Notes under the pieces: generated by a model
Seen by the model: only the letters and a program-made list of their open reading frames with translations
Database searches by the model: none
What the model was told of the DNA's origin: nothing
Program-made: the position numbers and the translations under genes
NCBI RefSeq assembly: GCF_009914755.1
Contig: NC_060927.1
Strand: one strand, 5' to 3'
DNA: 64,000 bases
DNA from: the human T2T-CHM13v2.0 reference genome, Homo sapiens
In this document: positions 47,585-64,000 of the stretch, piece after piece
How positions within the stretch are numbered: position 1 is the stretch's first letter
How the letters are laid out: the number at the start of each line of letters is the position of its first letter

Positions 47585-48894
47585 GTGCAACTAAAATTGA
47601 GAGCGTGTAAATGGTAACACTTTGCTTTTATTTACCCCCAGTCTCTTCATTTGGAAATGCTACTCCTTGGCATTAACAGGCCACTTATTCACTTAGATCC
47701 GTTTAGTGGCTGGTTGACTCAAGCGGGCAACCTGCCGGGAGTAAGAAGGCGGCGGTGGCAGAGGAAAGCTTGCACGAAGCAGGCACTCAAGTGTTGATGA
47801 AACGATGAAATCTACTGAATGCACTGAAAGGATGAGTGACCAGCTTGGGGCGGATGCTGGAACCGCCGCTGGCCTAGACGGCCGCGGTGTGATCCGGCTT
47901 CTGGATTCCAGGATTTACATTTATCAGCCTTCATTCAACCTGCCCTATTGTTAGTTCAAAGCCTGGCTGGGAAGGAGTGGGGACGCAGCTCTTCACTCAC
48001 CTTTCAGTTTAAAATAATCCTCCAATAAGAATGTCCTAGGAAAGCTGGCAGCATGGGGTTGGCAGGGATTTTCTGGGCTTAGTGACAACATAAACTAAAG
48101 TCATTTTCTTTTTTCATGCGTGAATTTGCCCAGGAAGTTACAAACGAGTAAGTTACAAATGAGTGCCTGAGATTGGAGCTCAGGGCCTTGGCTGCCTGTT
48201 CTCTTTGACAGACAGTGTGGAGGGTGGTAGCACTGTGACCTCTCAGCGCAAGATCTAGGGTTTCACCTTTTCATCCCACTTAGCCGATACCATAGAAACA
48301 ACCCATTTGTATTATTCAATTCAACAGAGGCAATTACAATGTCACAGCAAAGCACCATGGGCAAGAAGAAACTTTGTCCTGAAAACAATCCTAGACTCTC
48401 AGAAAAAAGAAAAAAGCCACCAGAATACCCACTTGAATTTCTTCCTGCCAATAGTACCAGGAAGAAATCAATTTGGAAAAAATGTAGGTAAGGTCCTTTG
48501 CCTCTATAGAAAGAAACCTCCCCAAATTTACTTGTTTTTGTTTTTGTTTTTTTGCATGCCCATACACAAGCCTCAATTTATAAGAAATTAAGTCATTAAC
48601 CCTCTGCCTCCAAACTGCTTTATATTTTGTAAACAAGCTTGTTGGAGATTTGTTTTGCTGGTAACCTCCATGGTGAATAGAAAAGCCAAAAAAAAAAAAA
48701 AAAAAAAAAAAACCACCAAGATAATCCCTCAACAGCAGCAGTTCACCCCCTAACCTCCGGTGTTTGTCTTTCTTGAGTCTGAAAAAATGCAGATGCACAT
48801 GTTGAAATAAACTCAGACACAAAGTTCATAATAAGAGCACTTGTTTGCTATGCATTCTTTATTTTGATAGTTTTAATCAACTCCCATAATTTTG

Positions 48895-49135
48895 TAAACT
48901 TTTAAATTTTTAAATTGTGTGATATTTCAAACCTACCAAAAACAGGATATATACCATGTAATACTCCTGCTCCCCCCAGCCCTTCTTTTTTAAATAAAGC
49001 ATTACAGATATAGCTAAACCCCAACTCCTGACTCGTTACCCCCACCCCTTCCCAAAGGTAATAATTCTGAAGTTGGTATGAATCATAATTATGCATGTTC
49101 TTAAATGTTTAGGACATTTATACATCCATAATCTT
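48895..49135 (-). mobile_element. L1ME-like 3' fragment
   Basis: AAAGCATTACAGATATAGCTAAACC...CCCAAAGGTAATAATTCTGAAGTTGGTATG. Confidence 0.5.
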
Positions 49136-50409
49136 TTAATGTAGCTTTTCTCTCCAAGTCGTTTTAACATTATTTATCTGAGAAAAATCACTAAAACAAT
49201 TAATTAATTAATTGGAGAAAATCACTAAAAACAAGAAAATGTGTTACATTGCTAAGTTTTTAGAAGCAGGACAGAACTATTTTTCCTGCTTGTGACAATC
49301 AGAGTATGGAATAATAACAAAGGGATTAGACAGTGGGTAATAAGCAGCCTCTCTAGGTTACACAAACTCTTCCATGGTTACCAAAGAATAAATAGAAAAA
49401 CAAAACAAATAATACCCTCCTCTTTCACTGGTTAAAGGGGAACTGGAGAAAATGAGATCTTCATTAAAACTTCTTTGGGCAGGTAAGACAAACATCCTAC
49501 ATGGTAGTAAAGTACCTTTTCTAGAGGATCTCTTGGTCATGCAAGCTATGATCTTTTAGTAAGGATTTACCACTTTTCCAAGTATAAAGAACTCCTGCTG
49601 GTAGCTCAATACAAGGTTGAAATCCGCCTGGCTGAAAAGTCTGGGGTTGAATTAGCCCTGCCTCTTCAAGCACAGGGACATCCATCTGTACAGTAGTTAC
49701 AAAAATCTTTTGCTGTGATTCTTTGACTTAATGTCCTCCCAGCATTAAAAGTGCTAAGAAAGCATCAATTTTTCTTAAATGCCATTGAATGGTGAAAGGC
49801 ATCCTTCCCAACCCCCACCCTCTTCATTTCCTAAGCGATGACTCTCATTAATTATACTGGCACACCACTGCCCAGCCTCCCTTCTAAATAGCTGCCAGAT
49901 TTCTACATATCATCTCTGCCTTGATACAGAATGTGCACTGACACCAGGATCACAGAAAATCCTGTAAGAGGTGCCTGATACACAGTAAAATGATTGATGT
50001 GCCTTGTGGTGAGCCTGCTGTGCTGCGTATCGTAGGGGGTTTCTTAGAAAACTGCACTGGGAATTTCTGTGTTGGAAAAAGATTTTTCTAGCTGTGCAAA
50101 AATTGTGCTTCCAGTTGCAAAAAGAGCCATTTATTTAAGGTGTTCAAATTTAAACAGCAACCATCTTGAGTTATATCCACGAGCAAGAGAGGAAAGGAGA
50201 TAAATGTTCCCTATTTTAATCAATGCACCAAGTTAAGAAAACCATTGACCAAAAAAGCGTATCAAGGAAGAGGCACTCCTCTTTCAACACATATTTCTTT
50301 AGTACTTGCCATGTACCAGGCACTGCTCTAGGTGGTAAGCCTTAGCTGGAATATAGATAGCACTCCTGAAGTAGAGCGTAGTACCTGTCTTTATGGCCCT
50401 ACTCTACAA

Positions 50410-51465
50410 ATTGGTCACGGCTTTTAGGTACAAATAACAAAACCCCTTATCAAACCAGCTTGAGTAAAAAAAGCTGATGTATTGACTCCCACTTTAAGAT
50501 AGGGGGAAGGATAAGGACTTCAGAAACGGTGGGAGTCTAGCAATTCAGAATCAGCATTTCTCTTGTTAAAGAAAAAATTAGTCAGTGTTAAAGCATGGTA
50601 AGGAAGGCTTTATCCAGCACGATCGAAATCGGCACAGGGACTACTGCAAGGAGCTCATGCAGAATACAGCATAGGCAGCTTGGAATTTATAGACAAAGAA
50701 CAGATGGGGTTGCTGGATGAAAAATCACTAAGAGGAAACATCAGGAATATGAGGAACTCTAGCTAACCCGACATAACTGGATTCTTGCTGAACACAGGCC
50801 AGGGAGATCAGACATGACCTGGGCAATAGTGGAGGATGAGGGATCTGATCAGATATTGAGAATGATCAGATATGGAGAGTGGGGGTTCTTGCTAAACTGA
50901 CTTGGCAGAACTCTTTTCTAAAACTGAGTTTTACAAGAAAACGCACATATGGGCCCAGGAGAAGGCTCAGAAGCATGACTAATGTTTGTTTGGCCAAGCA
51001 AGGAATTTTTGTCACTCTCACACTTTCACCTTTGCTCCTACTATTTCCCTGTCTCTGCTTTTCTCAGTGTTTTGATCCTATTCTCTCCTATTCCATATGA
51101 GCTTTCTGTACAAGCTGGGGGTGGGGAGAGCATGACTAGAGACAGCTCCAGGTTTCAATCGTCTCAGCTAGAGAGGCCTTTTTGCTTTTACCATCTGTAA
51201 ATAAGATGGTAGGAAAGGATTCGAACTGACCTGACTTAGGTCATGTGTCCATCCATAGGTCAATTACTGTGGACAACAATAAGTAGAGTATATGTGTGGC
51301 CAGATCCTGATTATACACACACCCTTATGGCCAGGAAGGCGGGGTATTATAAGTAGCAGCCCATCAGAACTGCTTGGAACCAGGGAGGATTTGTTCCCAA
51401 GATGAAAGGGGCTGGTCCTACCAAGTGAAGGCAGGAAGAGATTCTGGCAAATAAAAAGAATAGAT
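50410..51465 (-). mobile_element. Old MLT1-type LTR hosting a MER31 insertion
   Basis: TACAAATAACAAAACCCCTTATCAAACCAGCTTGAGTAAAAAAAG and GACTTAGGTCATGTGTCCATCC...CAATTACTGTGG. Confidence 0.6.
50564..51014 (-). mobile_element. MER31-like ERV1 solo LTR
   Basis: Minus strand starts TGACAAAAATTCCTTGCTTGGCCAAAC; other end TGTTAAAGAAAAAATTA; exact 4-bp TSD CTCT. Confidence 0.82.
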
Positions 51466-51467
51466 AT

Positions 51468-51760
51468 GGGCTGGGCACGGTGGCTCACACCTGTAATACC
51501 AGCACTCTGGGAGGCTGAGGCGGGTGGATCATGAGGTCAGGAGTTCGAGACCAGCCTGGCTAATATGGTAAAACCCCGTCTCTACTAAAAATACAAAAAT
51601 TAGCCAAGCATGGTGGCAGGCACCTGTAATCCCAGCTACTCGGGAGGCTGTGGCAGAGAATTGCTTGAACCCGGGAGGCAGAGGTTGCAGTGAGCCAAGA
51701 TCGCGCCACTGCACTCCAGCCTGGGTGACAGAGCGAGACTCCGTCTCAAAAAAAAAAAAA
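51468..51760 (+). mobile_element. Alu (S-type)
   Basis: TSD AAAAGAATAGAT. Confidence 0.95.
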
Positions 51761-52393
51761 AGAATAGATGTTCCCTAGGCTGCCCTCTCTTAAATCTGCT
51801 GCCAAAGAAAGAAACACCTTTATACTGATTCATATGTATATGACTTAATCTACAAAGTAGATCAGAAGAGGAATTTCCTAAATCCATCATGGGAGACTGA
51901 GGAGAGAGGAGTAGTAATGGCCAACTGTAAGTTCTACCAATCTTTCCCTCCCCAGCTGAAGAAGCATGTGTCCCCATGTGGGGCCAACTGACAGGAGCTG
52001 GAGATGGGGAGGAAGGAACATAACCAGGATAGCTGATCTCTGAAAGAGTTGTTTTGTTTTGTGTTTTTGATTTTTTTTATCATGGAAGTGTTTATATATA
52101 CACGAAAGTAGAATAGTATAATAAAACCCTATGTATTAGTCGCTGTGTTTCAACAATTGTTAATATTTTGACAACTTTATCCAGGAATATGGAGATTCTC
52201 TGAAATACTTAAATTCATAAACTAACACATTTTTGCAGTACTATGATGCTGGTTACTGAAAGAAATGCATGCCTCTTATGGTAAATTATATAAGACCAGT
52301 GTATGCAAAGCCCTTAGCAAAATGCCTGCTACAAAATGAGCTCTCAAATATGCCAATTATTTTTACTGTTAACATTTGAAACCTATTTAAACT

Positions 52394-53170
<777 letters not shown>

Positions 53171-53300
53171 GTTCTGCTGGAAAATAACTTTTTAAGGCTA
53201 AACTCTGATTTTTCATTTCTTACCAACAGACTATAACTTTTTTTTAATGACTTATTTTTAAATGGCAGCTGTTTACATTTTTTCTATAACAAGCCTATAT

Positions 53301-53636
<336 letters not shown>

Positions 53637-54864
53637 TCAAAAATATTATAAGCAATAAGCAAATGCACATTTCACCTTACAAATAAGGAGAAAACATGAG
53701 CTAAATTGTTAAACTGAGGAATGAGCCTGGACTACATATCAGAATTCTAAATAATAGGTCCCCACTTTACTGCCTTGGCAAAATACTTCATCCTGTGAAT
53801 GCTGGGTGAAGGGAAAATAGCATAGCTGTGCCTAAGTTAATTTTATTCAACAAAGATTTTCTTAACTTCAGTTATACTTTTTGGGAGATTTTAGTTCGCA
53901 AAATCGGGTGAACACTTTCTAAAAGGCAGTAAGTGTGCTAATTAAAGTGAACTTTCCCCATTTTCTATTTTTCTCCAACTTGTTTGATTGTTTATTTCTC
54001 CTGTGGTGGGAAGGGGAATGAAGTAGTTGGAGGAAACAATAGTGTCAGAGAAGGAGAGAGCCCCTTTTCCTCCTTCCTAAGAGCTTCACAACTCAGCTCT
54101 GTGCATTTTGTTTCCAGAAAGACCTCCCACAGAGCCAATATCTGCAACTTTCAAGATGGTCAAAGCTTGCTCACCAAGACAGACCTTTAATTGAAGTTTC
54201 TTTATTCAGCCTTAGAAGTAATACTGAAACTATGAGGCTACATATTTCCCTCATGGAATATACTGGGTTCCCCCTCCAATACTATTGTTAAAAAATTCTG
54301 TAGAATTCAATAATATAATTAAAAGAATCTGAAGCACCATTTTTATAGACATTGAACAAAAGTTTAGAAAGACAAGCAAACTGAATTGTAGACAGAAAAT
54401 GAGGAAAGACACTGGTGAAAGAGTTACAGTGCAAATTCTAAAGTTTTGAAAGACGGGGGACATTGTGGGGGGAGGCAATTTACACCACCAGGAAAACTCT
54501 TCTATTTCCCTACCAGTTGGAATTCTAATGGGGTGTGCACTCTCTTACTAACACCTGTTTATTTTTAACCAGAAAACAAATGGTTGGATTTTTCTGTACA
54601 AACAGAGCAAAAGTTTTTCTGCACCTCAAAATTTGTATTTAGTTTTTGTTTCACTTATTTGCATAATTAAACTAGCTACATATTAAGAGGGCTTGCTTTG
54701 TCCAAAATAAATGTCTCCCTTTTTAAACTTGACAAGTTTACAAAATGTTCTCTCAGATCATTTCAGCAAATTAATCTTCACGGTGTAGGCTGATGGGATG
54801 CATGGGGGAAATTCTGACTGAAAAAAAAAGGTCCTGGTCAAAATGACAAGGCAGCACTGTGATG

Positions 54865-55115
54865 GGCCATTCATTTATTCTTTCATTCATTTATTTAACA
54901 AATATTTAGAGAGTTCCCTATATGAGCAAGAAACAGGGCTAAATCCTGCTGTGGAAGGAGCAGAAATGATCCAAAATTCAGTAAGTATGGTTTGAATTAT
55001 AAAGTCTAATATACCTTGGACTAGAGAGAAGAGACATGTAAATAAATAATTACAATACAATGTAACAAGGGCTAAAATAGATAGGTGTACGGTGTTGCAG
55101 AACAGAAGAGGGCGC
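54865..55115 (-). mobile_element. L2 3' fragment
   Basis: CATTCATTTATTTAACAAATATTTAGAGAG...AAATAAATAATTACAATACAATG. Confidence 0.7.
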
Positions 55116-55278
55116 TAATTACTCAATTTCATTGCTAGTTACACAGAAATAAAGTGTTTTGATAACCAAAACAAAGCAGAAAATGGAAGTAATGATCCCA
55201 ATGCCTGAATTTTTAAAAAACCTCATTTCTGTCTGAATTACTCACTGTCTTCACTTGAGTTCTAGATATCATCAGGCT

Positions 55279-56519
<1,241 letters not shown>

Positions 56520-57392
56520 GGAAAACAATGTTCCAATGTGTTCATTAAAAATGAACAAGAAGCAAAGCAGTAATACTCAGAACAGAACCAAGTGAGATCA
56601 GAAGATCCCCAAAGACCTACATCCTGCCCAGTAAATTGGTAAATCTCATAACCATATAAGATTAAGTCTCTGGAAGAATAAAAGTCCTGTGATTCTCAAC
56701 CCTTTAGCCATCCCTGGGCTTCTCAACCCGTATCAACAGGAAGAGGTGTCCAGATCTCAAAAGGTGGATCTGCTCCAATGGCTATTTTTGAAGAGGCCAT
56801 GGAGGATAAGGATGATCTTACAGAGAACAGAACTGAGGCACCCAGATGGTATGACCAAGAAACGCACACAACTAGGACCAGGAGCTATCATTATTCCTCT
56901 CCAGCAGGATAAGACAGAGCTGTGGACTACTGACATTCTATTTTCCCTTGCATTATATAGTGGATGCATTGACATTTGAACTAAGGCTTCCAGATCATGA
57001 GGAACTACCTCTAGACCTGACCAAAAGGGAATACCTCTCAGAGATCCCAAACAAGTGGATGGGCTTTTTGGATTGTAATTGGGTAATCCCACCCACTTAC
57101 TTACTAGATAAAGCCTACCTTTTTTCCAGAAGTATAATAATGAACTCAAGTCATCAGTATCTCGTTAAAATACCACCTCATCATAATTTGCAAAATGTTA
57201 AAATATCTAGCTAATTAATGATACCTTTCCTGATTTTCCATCATTAATATCATTTTTTAATTTTAATATTTAATAGTTTGATGTAATTTTAATGGGAGGA
57301 ATGCAAGTTAAAGGAATGAGCTCAAATTGCCACCTTGAAAAAGAAAATATAGTTTGTTCATTTAAAAAGCACTTTAACTATTTTACTGTTAA

Positions 57393-58085
<693 letters not shown>

Positions 58086-58145
58086 TTAATAAATTTGTAT
58101 TACTTTCTCCCTGTGATTTGCCTTCATAGAAATAGCTGCCTTGGT

Positions 58146-58866
<721 letters not shown>

Positions 58867-58978
58867 CTGTCATCTCTTTTAATGGTGGCTAAGCAATACT
58901 GTTTCTGTTGCTGCCCTGAACGTCTGGAACACTGCTGTTTCTTGGCTTCTCGAACCACGTAGTCTCTTTATGTCAATG

Positions 58979-60026
58979 TGTTACCAGGAAGTGTGGGAAT
59001 CCTCAGTTCTAGTCTAACTTGGAAGAAATAATTCAGCCAAGATACGCATAGCAAGGGTTAAGTAGCAGAGTTTATTGAAGGAAGATAAAGTATATTCCTA
59101 GAAAGGAGTGAAAAACAGCTCTAGGTTGCTTCAGCTGGAAAAACAGTAGTAGTAATGTTTAAGTAAAGAGACAGTACATGCTGAAATAAGAAGCCAGCAG
59201 CAGGCCGGGTGCAGTGGTTTACACCTGTAATCCCAGCACTCTGGGAGGCCGAGGCAGGTGGACCACTTGAGGTCAGGAGTTCAAGACCAGCCTGGCCAAC
59301 ATGGTGAAACCCTGCTTCTACTAAAAATACAAAAATGTAGCTGGGTGTGGTGGTACGTGCCTGAGGTCCCAGCTACTCGGGAGGCTGACGCAGGAGAATC
59401 AGTTGAACCCAGTAGGCAGAGTTTGTAGGGAACTAAAATTGTGCCACTGCACTCCAGCCTGAGTGACAGAGCAAGACTCTGTGTAAAACAACAACAACAA
59501 CAACAAAAAAAAGCCAGCAGCAGCTAGTGCTGGAGGATTCTCTTTACGCGAATCTTACATGATTATTCACAAAGGGGCATGAGGGGAATGTTACTCGCAA
59601 GCATGTTTCAGGAGGTCTCCTTGGGCATGCACGCTCTGTGGTTGTACATGCTGGTACACATGTCGCATGTCTCATTAGCATTTAAAATCTCCACCCAGGG
59701 GTGTGTTTTTTACTATTATAATGAACAAAAGGCTACTCTAGGGTGAGTTTTTGGAGGAGTGCACATGCTCATCAGCAGGGAAAGTTTCTACCATGGTTAT
59801 CTCTGGCTTGGGCCTTATACGTACCCTTTAGGAACGGAGGAGACCAACCATAAGGCCAGAAGTAGCCAGTGTAGCCACTGGGTTTTTTTTGTTGTTGTTG
59901 TTTTTGTTTTGTTTTTGCTGACTGTGAGTGGGCAGTGCTGATTATTAGTGGGCAGCATCTCCAGGACTTCTTTTCTCAGAGGAGCTCCATTGCCTGCTCA
60001 TTTCTGGCTATCTGCCTACTTTAACA
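58979..60026 (-). mobile_element. ERV1 (MER4-group, MER50-like) solo LTR containing an Alu
   Basis: TG...CA termini (TGTTACCAGG...GCCTACTTTAACA), exact 4-bp TSD AATG, minus-strand AATAAA at ~59072. Confidence 0.8.
59203..59511 (+). mobile_element. Alu with (CAA)n tail inside an LTR
   Basis: TSD AAGCCAGCAGCA. Confidence 0.95.
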
Positions 60027-60239
60027 AATGGTAGCCAGCACATATAACCACTGGATTTGGGACAAACTGTGTCAACAATATGCCCCTTGACAGCACATAC
60101 AGTTTAATTACCCAAGGGAGGGTCTTATAGCTCAAAGATGCAGTCCTTACATTGTTGAGGAGCCAAATGATGCTGGAGCAATTCAGAAGAGGATAAAACT
60201 CTTGCATAACATTATCTGCCTGCCTCAGGTGCAGTTAAT

Positions 60240-60537
60240 TCTTTTTTCCTTTTTTTTGAGATGGAATCTTGCTCTGTCACCCAGGCTGGAGTGCAATGGC
60301 ACCATCTTGGCTCATTGCAACCTCCACCTCCCAGGTTCAAGCAGTTCTCTGCCTCAGTCTCCCAAGTAGCTGGGACTACAGGCACCTGCCACCACGCCCG
60401 GCTAATTTTTGTATTTTTATTAGAGACAGGGTTTTACCATGTTGGCAAGGCTGGTCTCGAACTCCTAACCTCAAGTGATCTGCCTGCCTCAGCCTCCCAA
60501 AGTGCTGGGATTACAGGCATGAGCCACCATGCCCGGC
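60240..60537 (-). mobile_element. Alu (S-type)
   Basis: TSD CAGTTAATTCT. Confidence 0.95.
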
Positions 60538-61109
60538 ACAGTTAATTCTCTAAAAGCAGGTTTGCAAGTGTATTAGGTTGGTGTGAGGTACTGACTGGGA
60601 TCTCTACTAGACTCTAGGAGTTACCAGATATAGCAGGCATAACAGCAGCACTGTTGGGATCCATGGCTCTAATTTTCCTTTGAGCCAAGTTTTAAGAAGA
60701 CAGTATTTCAGGCAGCAGTATCCTCAGATTTCCCAGTGGCGGGAAAAGTCAAGCTGATTTAGGTTTCACAAGTACCAGCTATGAGAAGAGGTCTGGGAGT
60801 AAGGAGGAGTGGAAAAGTTAGAGTCTACAGAGCAGCAAGCATCCCTTCCCTTTCCTGTTCAAATGGGGGAGGAGATTTGACATTAACACTTCCCTTCCAT
60901 TTTTACAAGGCGAGGGCATTACATATCCCACTATCCTGGGAAATCATGATTGTCTCTCCTGAAATTTGCTAAGCTACTGGACCTGCCAGCACTTCATTTT
61001 CCTGAGACAAGAAGAAAGAGGCATCATTTAAGAAGTGAGGCAAGAGAGAGGAAGTGCCTGGATAAGAGCCGACATTCCCATCACTTAGTGTAAGAGTACA
61101 TATGTTTCC

Positions 61110-61500
<391 letters not shown>

Positions 61501-61624
61501 CTAAATTCATTTGATAGAAACATATTTTAAAAGCAAGGAAGTCTAGATACCCAAGGTACCAAAAGAAAAGAAGCCCGAAAGGAAAACAAAGTGGCCATGG
61601 ACCCTGTTGTTTTAAAGACAAGAT

Positions 61625-62433
<809 letters not shown>

Positions 62434-63340
62434 AGACCAAGAAGTAGTAAATCCTCCATTTAAGAAAGGCAAAGAGCATGGGCTTTGGTCTGATATCCAG
62501 CCTAACAGGGACGTTTTACTTTTTCAGATGGCCCTGTTATAACCATCCCAGTGACAAAGATCTAGCTTTTCTAAAATTACCCAGTTCAGCTTGCCCTTGG
62601 GTTATCCAACAAGCTGGTCTACAATACTAACCAGAGACAAGCTGAAAAAGTGAGTGCTGGCCCAGAAAAAAGCTGCCAACCAATGGAAATTCTCCACCCA
62701 AGAATACATGACCTTCACGTAGGTGTTAATACTGCCACCGTCTAAGTGGAGTACAAGAATAGTCAGCAATGGTGACTGCGCATGAGAGGAGACCCCTTGA
62801 TCTGCATTTCTTATTGCTCATCTTGTCCACAAAATCAGGGTTCCCTACTACATCATCAAGGGAAAAGTTAGATGAAGTCACAGGATGACCTACATCAGTC
62901 TCACTTTTATACGGCTTAACTGGAAAGATAGTAGTATGCTGGCTGAGCTGGTAGAGGCCATCAGAACTAACTACAGTGATAACTATTGTAAGATCTGACA
63001 TCACTGGAAGACAATTACTTAGGCCCAAATTCTGTAATTCACAATGCCAAGTTGGAAAAGAAAAAGGCTCAAGAGCTTGCCACAAAACTAGTTTAAATAT
63101 ACTCTGTTAACTTCATGTAAATAAAAATAAAACATCCCCTTAAAACAAAAAGCTATTGAGGCATAGAAATCAGGAAATAAAAACTAGGATGTGACTTCCT
63201 ATCCTATCCCAAAGAAAGGTAATGAAATAAAACCATATTCACACAAAAAATCTTTGGAATATTTGGGACCTCACTGAAAATGAATGTTTAATTTCTAAAG
63301 GTTGCCAAATCCATTTTCTTATGTTCTAAGAAGGAGTCAG

Positions 63341-63642
63341 GGCCGGGCACAGTTGCTCATGCCTATAATCCCAGCACTTTGGGAGGCCGAGGCAGGCGGA
63401 TCACGAAGTCAAGAGTATGGAGACCATCCTGGCCAACATGGTGAAACCTCGTCTCTACTAAAAATACAAACATTAGCTAGGCATGGTGGCTTGTGCCTGT
63501 AGTCCCAGCTACTTGGGAGGCTGAGGCAGGAGAATTGCTTGAATCTGGGAAGGGAGAGGTTGCAGTGAGACAAGATTGTGACCCTGTACTCCAGCCTGGC
63601 AACAGGGCAAGACTCCATCTCAAAAAAAAAAAAAAAAAAAAA
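63341..63642 (+). mobile_element. Alu (Sc-like)
   Basis: TSD AAGGAGTCAG. Confidence 0.95.
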
Positions 63643-64000
63643 GGAGTCAGGCAGCAGCAGCATTATACTTCTCATTCTGTGCTATTGACTCTAACAGGAG
63701 TCAACTATCTGGACTAGATGATAAGTCTGACTTTTCTTAGTATCATAAACCATTAAAAATAACTTGTATAGACTTTGTGGGTGTAAGTGGATTACTGCTG
63801 GCCTGGCGAAAGAAGCTTACACTGTCAAGATGATTTTATCAGCAAGTTTGTGTGTGTCAAATCCTAGAGCCAACTTAAATTGGCTTTAAATGTTTTTTTT
63901 AATTGCTATCTCAAATAACAAGAAATTGGAAAGCAGGGCAGTTCAAGCATTGGCTACTTCAAGGGCTCAACAATGACAGGCATCTCAGTTTTTTCTATCC

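Noticed and set aside
48136-49232. Short direct repeats (AAGTTACAAA(C/T)GAGT x2; GAGAAAATCACTAAAACAA x2 around (TTAA)n)
   Set aside because: Small slippage duplications with no evidence of function.
62726-63085. 119-aa minus-strand ORF
   Set aside because: It is antisense to the RPL7A pseudogene.

Overview
Primate (human-like) genomic DNA, very rich in repeats: about 49 Alus, several L1s, and MaLR and ERV1 LTRs. The only protein-coding sequence I can support is one minus-strand exon at 6006-6124, with 40 nt of 5'UTR and 79 coding nt encoding MSYWNLEKRNCVQYRRHFLVDNSVFH. I recognise this from memory as the first coding exon of a PLCH1 (phospholipase C eta 1) isoform. Its CpG-island promoter and non-coding first exon lie about 40.6 kb upstream (~46-47.9 kb). 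A degenerate RPL7A processed pseudogene, split by an LTR and an Alu, lies at ~61.55-63.13 kb. Nearly all ORFs in the supplied track are Alu, L1 or MaLR translations. I did not find a convincingly new biological system. The most interesting structures are (i) a near-perfect 134-bp tandem duplication just upstream of the PLCH1 promoter that duplicates a T12-AAAG/GAG/GTAAG acceptor-plus-donor cassette, and (ii) a 5'-truncated L1PA4-like insertion carrying a ~149-bp 3' transduction between two poly(A) tracts. Repeat subfamily names are by-eye matches to remembered consensus sequences, and repeat boundaries are approximate unless a TSD is quoted.
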